Virus record (IMG/VR): IMGVR_UViG_3300020047_007062 | Coordinates: 9,590 to 73,589 of that record | Length of the DNA: 64,000 nucleotides | DNA from: a virus | Taxonomy: Duplodnaviria; Caudoviricetes | Direction: 5' to 3' (one strand) | Shown: positions 58,053-64,000 of the stretch, in pieces | Layout of the letters: the number at the start of each line of letters is the position of its first letter | How positions within the stretch are numbered: the first letter of the stretch is position 1 | The notes under the pieces: model-generated | Databases searched by the model: none | Told to the model about the DNA's origin: nothing | What the model saw: only the letters and a program-made list of their open reading frames with translations | Translations under genes and position numbers: made by a program

Positions 58053-58719
58053 TCGGGAACCTGTCGTACAAGAACTCCTTAACTGGCGATGGCACGTTAT
58101 CCGTGGTGGACATAAAGGGCATACCGAACTGCCAATAACTTGTATCCACCGACCTTATTACGGGGTCTCTCATCTCCATCCCCCCCAACAAGTTCACGTT
58201 CGTGTACAATGACTTGATTACATAAGTCGGCCTCTTTGACCAATCCACAGCCCGATAAACCGTCTCAAACCGATAGTTGTTATACCTGATCGGGACGTGA
58301 ATATCGTAGTGAAACGTGGGGTAGTTATTGTCCCTCAAGAAGGCCAACGTATTTTTCAGTTCCTTCCCATACGCCCCGAACCCCCTCAGCGCGATTTGGT
58401 TTTCGAGTGTCCCATCCCTGTAATAGGGGATTTCGGTTAGTTCGATGGGGTCGAGGATATAGTGGTCGTCGTTCATAAAGAGGACGTCCTCCCCCACGGA
58501 GGGGTGGTTGAAGGCCGCCATTATTTTGTGGGCTATGCATGCCTCTTTGGTGGCCCCCTCGTTTTTGAGGGGGATGAATATGTCGGGTTGACACCAATCG
58601 GGTTTGTCCCCGATGATGCAGAGTTGGGTTATTCCCCGCCCGTTGGTCTCAAGGGCGCGAAGCGCGTAGCGGAGTTCATCCCACATGCATTTGCCGTGGT
58701 AGGGGAGGATGGCGGTCAT
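58030..58719 (-). CDS. Stealth-like/GT-A phospho-glycosyltransferase-related protein
   Basis: ELRYALRAL, IIGDKPDW, LFMNDD. Confidence 0.6.
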   Translation of the reverse strand: MTAILPYHGKCMWDELRYALRALETNGRGITQLCIIGDKPDWCQPDIFIPLKNEGATKEACIAHKIMAAFNHPSVGEDVLFMNDDHYILDPIELTEIPYYRDGTLENQIALRGFGAYGKELKNTLAFLRDNNYPTFHYDIHVPIRYNNYRFETVYRAVDWSKRPTYVIKSLYTNVNLLGGMEMRDPVIRSVDTSYWQFGMPFMSTTDNVPSPVKEFLYDRFPTKSRWER

Positions 58720-58731
58720 TTTTTGTAGTTA

Positions 58732-59754
58732 TTAAAAGTCACCGTCGGCAACTGTTCTGAATGGTTTTGAATATTTTGGTCGTACCATCTTCCAAATAAC
58801 CTTGTCAGGCGATTTTTTATCGAGCATTGAAAACAAAACCGACTGATACTTTTGCGTCTGAAAATATAATGCCGTCTCTTTTCGAGTTGGCAATACCTTA
58901 AAAGCATTTTTGCTTTCGGTATGAATGGCTTCAAACTGCGCTACCAATTCAAGTTGTGTTTTCTTCACCCAATCATAAAATTCGTCGGGGACTTTTTCTA
59001 ATAGTTCGTCAAAAGACCTTCCGTCTGATAGGTATTCCCAAATTGCAACATTTGAAACGCCCGTAATTATCCTGTGCAGCCTTACGTATTCGGCAAACTT
59101 CATCTTTACACGCAAGCCGTTTTTGAATCTCACAACAAACCCCTCTTTGTTGTCTTCCTCCAATGCTTTCAGTTCGGCTAAGTCATTGATCCCATCAAAC
59201 TTTTTTACTATTGGAAAACCAATGTTCTCTATTCGTTCGGCTCCTGTGTGGTTGTCAATGATAGTAAGCAGCACCAAGTCGTCCATATCCCCGTAATCCA
59301 CAACTATTCTGTTTTGTGGATAGATTATCTCAAACAGGTATGTGGATGCCCGATCAATCTTGTCAAATAAATGACGGTATCTATTGTGTAAAACCTGTGT
59401 TGCGTGTTGGGACTGATCGCTCGTAAAACTTCCTCGCGTAGCTATAAATGGAATGTCATTTAACCAGTATAATATACCGAGAGACCCGTCCATTTTTTCA
59501 TAAACGTCAAATGGCAATGATGGTATTTCATTGGGGTCGTGTTCTTCCAAGTTGAAGAATTTGCTAAACGGTCTTGAAACGATATTCATTTGCGCACCTA
59601 ATATCAATCCACGGGTCATTAACGTTATCTCGTTCCAAAGCCTATCATATTGCACCTTTGGAGTATAGTTGTAAATAAACAAGTCGGAATCAGGGTGTTT
59701 CTGAACCGATACCAATTTGTCATTTACCATTTTATTCAATAACTCCGTATCCAT
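58732..59754 (-). CDS. T4 Rnl1-like RNA ligase
   Basis: YNY, EKMDGSLG, FATRGSF, FEII, EGFVV, K.KF.EY. Confidence 0.9.
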   Translation of the reverse strand: MDTELLNKMVNDKLVSVQKHPDSDLFIYNYTPKVQYDRLWNEITLMTRGLILGAQMNIVSRPFSKFFNLEEHDPNEIPSLPFDVYEKMDGSLGILYWLNDIPFIATRGSFTSDQSQHATQVLHNRYRHLFDKIDRASTYLFEIIYPQNRIVVDYGDMDDLVLLTIIDNHTGAERIENIGFPIVKKFDGINDLAELKALEEDNKEGFVVRFKNGLRVKMKFAEYVRLHRIITGVSNVAIWEYLSDGRSFDELLEKVPDEFYDWVKKTQLELVAQFEAIHTESKNAFKVLPTRKETALYFQTQKYQSVLFSMLDKKSPDKVIWKMVRPKYSKPFRTVADGDF

Positions 59755-59772
59755 AACAGCGTTTAGTGCAAT

Positions 59773-60300
59773 TTACAGTATCGCAAAGATTTCATCGTCA
59801 TTCTCCATCAATATCACATACCTCTCCCCGCCCACCACCGTTTCCTTGGGGGCGTACATGCTAAAGAGGACTGTATCCCCCACCTTTAACTTCTCCACGG
59901 TGGGGCCAATGGCAACCACTTCCCCCTTTTGGCATCGTTGTTTCATTTGGTCGGGTTGGAGGAATGCGGATTCAACCGCCTCGTCCCCGTCGAGGGGTCT
60001 GACCAACAGGCGAGACCCAAACATTTGTAGGTTCATTTTATTATTTTCAATCACGGATATTGGTAAATCAAGTTTTAAGTCGTCAATTATTGCTTTTAAC
60101 ATATAATTTCTATACGTGTTAATACATAACGCCTGTTCTGAGGATGAGTAGTTCTTCCTAATGTAGGAAATCTTGCGATAAACATCACCGTTGTAAACAG
60201 TGCGCATGTGATAGATCAAGCGGCCATTCACCTCACTATCATTCTCTAACCATTGCTCAAAGTCGAGAGTTATGTTTGGTAGTTTTGGTAATTCGCTCAT
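59773..60300 (-). CDS. GroES domain (59773-60036) fused in frame to an N-terminal unknown domain
   Basis: GSRLLVRP...GEVVAIGP....LKVGDTVLF..YA......GERY.IL...EIFAIL. Confidence 0.8.
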   Translation of the reverse strand: MSELPKLPNITLDFEQWLENDSEVNGRLIYHMRTVYNGDVYRKISYIRKNYSSSEQALCINTYRNYMLKAIIDDLKLDLPISVIENNKMNLQMFGSRLLVRPLDGDEAVESAFLQPDQMKQRCQKGEVVAIGPTVEKLKVGDTVLFSMYAPKETVVGGERYVILMENDDEIFAIL

Positions 60301-60536
60301 TATGGCTTTTCTGTATTATGATTTTCGTATTTGAATGGGATTTGCTTAATAAGTCTGGTTATTAAGTCCCCAATAGGGACAACTAATCCGTCCTTATGAA
60401 TGTGCATCCGTGTTTGATACGGAACGCCATCATAAACTATTCTCAGGTTAAGTATTGGGGGTTGCCCTTCATGCGGATTCCATATCCATTGCTCAATTTT
60501 GAGGTCTATATCTTCTAATTGTGTCAATATGTCCAT
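60300..60536 (-). CDS. hypothetical protein, paralogue of the N-terminal domain of the GroES fusion
   Basis: EQW..N...R.VY.G..Y shared by both; promoter TAGATTTG at 60541-60548. Confidence 0.6.
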   Translation of the reverse strand: MDILTQLEDIDLKIEQWIWNPHEGQPPILNLRIVYDGVPYQTRMHIHKDGLVVPIGDLITRLIKQIPFKYENHNTEKP

Positions 60537-60585
60537 TCGGCAAATCTATTGTGGTTTGTTTCTGACAAAGGTTAAATGGTGTTAA

Positions 60586-61377
60586 TCACAAAAATGGATT
60601 GTCGGCGTCAAAGTGTTCGGGTTCTATATCCTCTATCTCAACCCCCAACCGCGACAGTACCTTCTTGTGGGGATTGGCGTCATTCACCCTCTTGTTCACC
60701 GCCTCATAATCCGCACCCCTCATTTTGAGCTTCACAAGCCCGTCAATCACCGTACACATCACATTATACGCCCTGCACAGTTCCTTTATATCCGCGTGAA
60801 CCAAGTCCATTTCTTCGGGCATATCGAGGCTGGTCAAACATTTGGCATAATACACCCCTTTCTTCTCGCTTTTAAGCAGTAACCCCATATCCATCGCAAG
60901 TCTCTGTTCGACCACCTGCAAGGGAATACGGTGGGAGGCACATATTTTCCGTGCGGCCTGTACCCTACTCAACAGGTCAACGGCAATAAGGAACCGTCTC
61001 TGCCGCCCCGTCAATTTCCGTTGGGACATCTTCTTTTGGGTCATATCATTTTCCTTCAAATATTTCTTGACAAAGTAGAGGGAACGCCTCACCCCCTGTT
61101 CGAACTTAAAGTGGGGGGAGGTGGGCATGAAAAACCACTTGTGTACTTCGGGCCACCTGTTACGGGTGATGGAACCCATGCTGATAACCACATAGGCGGG
61201 GCTGATCCCCGCGATCTTGCACATCCTCCACAACTTGTAATTGAGGAGGAAACGGTCACGGAGGCGGTCAATGGGAACCTTGCGGTGGTCAATGGGACAC
61301 CAATGGGGGTTATCCACGAAATAACCCATCCCCACGGTGGGTTCATCAACTATTTGGTGGGGGTAGTCGGTGCTCAT
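60586..61377 (-). CDS. hypothetical protein
   Basis: ~263-aa ORF. Confidence 0.65.
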   Translation of the reverse strand: MSTDYPHQIVDEPTVGMGYFVDNPHWCPIDHRKVPIDRLRDRFLLNYKLWRMCKIAGISPAYVVISMGSITRNRWPEVHKWFFMPTSPHFKFEQGVRRSLYFVKKYLKENDMTQKKMSQRKLTGRQRRFLIAVDLLSRVQAARKICASHRIPLQVVEQRLAMDMGLLLKSEKKGVYYAKCLTSLDMPEEMDLVHADIKELCRAYNVMCTVIDGLVKLKMRGADYEAVNKRVNDANPHKKVLSRLGVEIEDIEPEHFDADNPFL

Positions 61378-61378
61378 T

Positions 61379-61711
61379 TTACACAATCCTCCATATCCCT
61401 ATCCCCTTCAATCCCCCGTGAACCCGTGTTTGCACGATAAAGGTAGGAAACCTACCTCCCTCCGTCGGTACGTTAAACATCTTCCTCAAGTGTTTGCGGA
61501 TATGTTTCACATACTTTGGTTTGCTATACAAGTGGGCCGAGGGGATGAAGAAGGCATCGTTCACCCTTATCACCCCAATGGGGGCCAAGACGAGGGGAAT
61601 GAGGCGGAATATCTCCTCCCTTTGGGCCAACCGATGCTCCTCCCTGTACTCATCGAGTAGGCGCTGCTTCTCCCTATTCCTCTGTCTCTTTTCCGCGCGG
61701 GTGAGTTTCAT
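61379..61711 (-). CDS. hypothetical basic protein
   Basis: 110-aa ORF. Confidence 0.55.
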   Translation of the reverse strand: MKLTRAEKRQRNREKQRLLDEYREEHRLAQREEIFRLIPLVLAPIGVIRVNDAFFIPSAHLYSKPKYVKHIRKHLRKMFNVPTEGGRFPTFIVQTRVHGGLKGIGIWRIV

Positions 61712-61714
61712 TGG

Positions 61715-61972
61715 TTATTTCTTCTTTGCTTTATTTGTTGGCTTCAAAATATTCCTTGGCTGCTCCCCGTTTAGGATTAGCGCCTTGTCAACGGCTATGG
61801 CTGCTTCGCGCTCTGTCGCATAATGCTTTCTCAGTTTTATTTTGTCATTAACTATGGACGCCAACCATCTGTGATTTTCACGAAACTGACGATCTGCCGT
61901 GTTTCGCGCCGTTATGGCTTGGCAATACGAAACCCCGTAATACTTGCTTGTTTTACCACCTTTGTTCGCCAT
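61715..61972 (-). CDS. AP2-domain DNA-binding protein
   Basis: SKYYGVS...W.A....K....Y.TEREAA.AVD. Confidence 0.75.
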   Translation of the reverse strand: MANKGGKTSKYYGVSYCQAITARNTADRQFRENHRWLASIVNDKIKLRKHYATEREAAIAVDKALILNGEQPRNILKPTNKAKKK

Positions 61973-61975
61973 GAT

Positions 61976-62146
61976 TCAATCCAATTTATCCAAATTGCGG
62001 TACTTGGCCTTTATTGCGGCCTTGTTATTTCCCCCAATGTACTTATGGTGGTGACACACGGGACATTTGGCAACCCCACACTTCGCGGCGGGGTGCTTTT
62101 TCTTTTTGAATTTTTCGGCATAGTGCCTGTTAATGGCGCGGCTCAT
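61976..62146 (-). CDS. small basic Cys/His protein
   Basis: C....C..CH motif; start probably MSRAIN. Confidence 0.4.
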   Translation of the reverse strand: MSRAINRHYAEKFKKKKHPAAKCGVAKCPVCHHHKYIGGNNKAAIKAKYRNLDKLD

Positions 62147-62148
62147 GG

Positions 62149-62604
62149 TCAGAATTTCGTGGTTTTCTTTAATGTTCTGAAATCGAAGGTTTCGTGGCAC
62201 TTCTTCTCTCCCTCCATCCATTCACAATACACATTGGGCCAGTCATAAAGGAAGCCAACCACCATTTTTCTATTTCCCGATGCGTGGCGCACAGTGTCAC
62301 CAACCTTGTAGGGATTGGGATAAGTTTCTGCCTCCAACCTTTTAACATCTCCCCTTGCTACCTCCAATAATTTATCGAGGCTTTTTAGCCGGTTAGACGT
62401 CATCTCCAAATCATGTTTGGTATTTTTTAGTTCCTCCTTCATTTCATTGTAGGATTCATTGCGTTTGGCATCGCTGATAGACATGGCTATCTGCAACACA
62501 AATATCGAAATGGCAACGACCGTAACAAACGGGTGGTCTTGACACCAAACCAGTGATATAGCAGCTACACACACTAAGATAAAAAGAAGAAGTCTTGTAA
62601 ACAT
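62149..62604 (-). CDS. membrane-anchored protein with a C-terminal YodC/DUF2158-like domain
   Basis: two TM helices, a coiled coil, then KVGDTVR..SG..KM.V...V.CEW...F....L. Confidence 0.6.
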   Translation of the reverse strand: MFTRLLLFILVCVAAISLVWCQDHPFVTVVAISIFVLQIAMSISDAKRNESYNEMKEELKNTKHDLEMTSNRLKSLDKLLEVARGDVKRLEAETYPNPYKVGDTVRHASGNRKMVVGFLYDWPNVYCEWMEGEKKCHETFDFRTLKKTTKF

Positions 62605-62671
62605 ATTGATTGATTTTAATTTTGGCAAACGTAGGTTTTGTGGCTTACCCGAAAAGGTTAAATGGTGTTAA

Positions 62672-63241
62672 TCATGCACCATTGAAGTTGTCATTTGGTG
62701 TTACCTGCTTCTTGAACGGGTGGAGTGAAGCCTTGAAAGCCTCTCGCCCCGGCTTATTAATCAAACCAGTCCTCGCCCCGTTAAAGAGGAGGTTGGGGTT
62801 TATGAAGTAGGCATGTTTGACAGCCCCCGCCCTCCGCGCAATGATTTTCCGATTACAGAGGTTTTTAATGGCATCATACAACGGTTTGGGTGTCTTATAC
62901 TTGGTTATCCCCATTAGCTCGTCTATGGGCAAAAAAACGATGTCAGACCCCCTCGTCACCCGCTTCCACATATACCCAAACACCTTGAGTTCCGCAGAAT
63001 CCATCTCCTCCACGGGGATCATATTGGGCAAGAACACCTTGAGGTAAGGTAAGGAATCGGTGTACTTGGGGTCTTCATCGGGATTACCCACGATCATCTC
63101 CCTCCCCACAAACTCCTTCCCCTCAACACTCACGGTCTTATAATTCCCAAACCGTACCTCCCGACCAGCCGAAACACCATCCAACACATCAAAAGGTGTC
63201 TCCTCATACGAAGGCAAATCACTATACTTCTTATAATCCAT
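62672..63241 (-). CDS. RepL-like HTH protein
   Basis: AIKNLCNRKII...YFINPNLLFNG; promoter TATCTTTG at 63246-63253. Confidence 0.55.
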   Translation of the reverse strand: MDYKKYSDLPSYEETPFDVLDGVSAGREVRFGNYKTVSVEGKEFVGREMIVGNPDEDPKYTDSLPYLKVFLPNMIPVEEMDSAELKVFGYMWKRVTRGSDIVFLPIDELMGITKYKTPKPLYDAIKNLCNRKIIARRAGAVKHAYFINPNLLFNGARTGLINKPGREAFKASLHPFKKQVTPNDNFNGA

Positions 63242-63879
63242 ACCACAAAGATACGACAAAATGGAAAGTGTTGTATAATTTTAACAACTTATTTTTTCAC
63301 TCAATTTTTTTCCATTTCATACACTAATTTGGCCAAAATGGAAAAAGACCCCCCTATGAACACTGGGGTTTCAGCCATTTCCCTATTACAATATAGGAAA
63401 AACCCAAATCCCCTCCGGGGAACCCACTTATCCCCCTACCTCGCACATGGAGATTATGTAAATGATATGTTAACGACAAGTTGCTATCGCAACGATAGTT
63501 GCACACCTCATCTCTACCTGACACAGTAAACACCCAGTCCTCCCCAAGGGACTCCATGTACCACACAGGGGGATATTACAAACAACAAACGAAGACACAT
63601 GTACTCCCACGGGGGTGGGTCCCCCTCCCGACCCCCCTGCCTCCCTTCGGGAAAGTGGAATTTACGCACCCACCCCCTATGCCTTTATTAGGTGGGTTTA
63701 AATGGGTTCAAGGGGTTTTCCCCGTGGTTGGGACCGGACATGTCCCCAAGGGGGTCTAATGGCCCCTAATGGGGTAAGGTGAGGCGAAAGCCTCCCCGTT
63801 GGGGTTGGTTCCCCCATGGGATAATCCCTATTAAATAGGTAGGAATAAGGGGAATTAAAGCGATGGTTTACCCCAAGGG

Positions 63880-64000
63880 GGTGGGTAAAGAGTTTATGTG
63901 GGCTTGGAGGGCATCCATCGCCTTCTTGTCCTTCCCGTAGTTGTTCTTGCGGTAATAGTCCGTCCAAAATACGGGGAGGGGGCATCGGTCGCCCTGCTTC
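63880..64000 (-). repeat. inverted copy of 57305-57425 (internal exostosin segment), runs off the window end
   Basis: 120/121 identity in reverse complement. Confidence 0.92.

Noticed and set aside
58725-59770. RNA ligase as a third integron-like cassette (GTTATT at 58728, AATAAC near 59740)
   Set aside because: Only a 6-bp match in AT-rich DNA, with no long hairpin arms and no conserved flanking site
61310-61318. DnaA-box-like TTATCCACG
   Set aside because: Single mismatched copy inside a coding sequence
63698-63985. 95-aa ORF at the window end
   Set aside because: Off-frame translation of the inverted exostosin copy, matching the shadow ORF 57281-57730
1-64000. CRISPR array, tRNA or rRNA genes
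   Set aside because: No regularly spaced repeat-spacer series, cloverleaf or rRNA-like sequence was seen by eye; tRNAscan-SE would be needed to exclude tRNAs formally
1-64000. Stop-codon reassignment as in some crAss-like phages
   Set aside because: Long genes are intact under the standard code, and TAG/TGA act as stops at coupled junctions

Overview
This window is part of a Bacteroidota-infecting tailed phage genome with no host genes. The host assignment rests on many TAnnTTTG/TTTG promoters and Bacteroidota-phage-type proteins. The minus strand carries a crAss-like/podovirus virion module: GroEL/GroES, terminase large subunit, portal, scaffold, major capsid, ring/tail proteins, stabilisation protein, three ejection-type proteins (one of 2904 aa), and a holin/M15 endolysin cassette. 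The plus strand carries a tail-fibre cluster, a DUF6291 initiator plus DnaB helicase, a stand-alone DnaA C-terminal domain, and a ~9 kb glycosyltransferase/amino-sugar/methyltransferase operon. An intact 2.8 kb IS1-family element with cargo genes (21-bp TIRs, 8-bp TSD) sits at 1248-4080. The most unusual signals are: (1) two unlinked single-gene integron-like cassettes, each with exact 10-bp inverted G|TT...AAC boxes, an attC-like hairpin and a shared ~68-bp flanking site, with no integrase in the window; (2) in-frame AT-rich domain cassettes bounded by 33-bp direct repeats inside the giant ejection protein; (3) the phage glycan operon; (4) GroEL with three different GroES-like genes; (5) a Tad2/DUF2829-like anti-defence gene. 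Family names come from motif recognition by eye, not from database searches.
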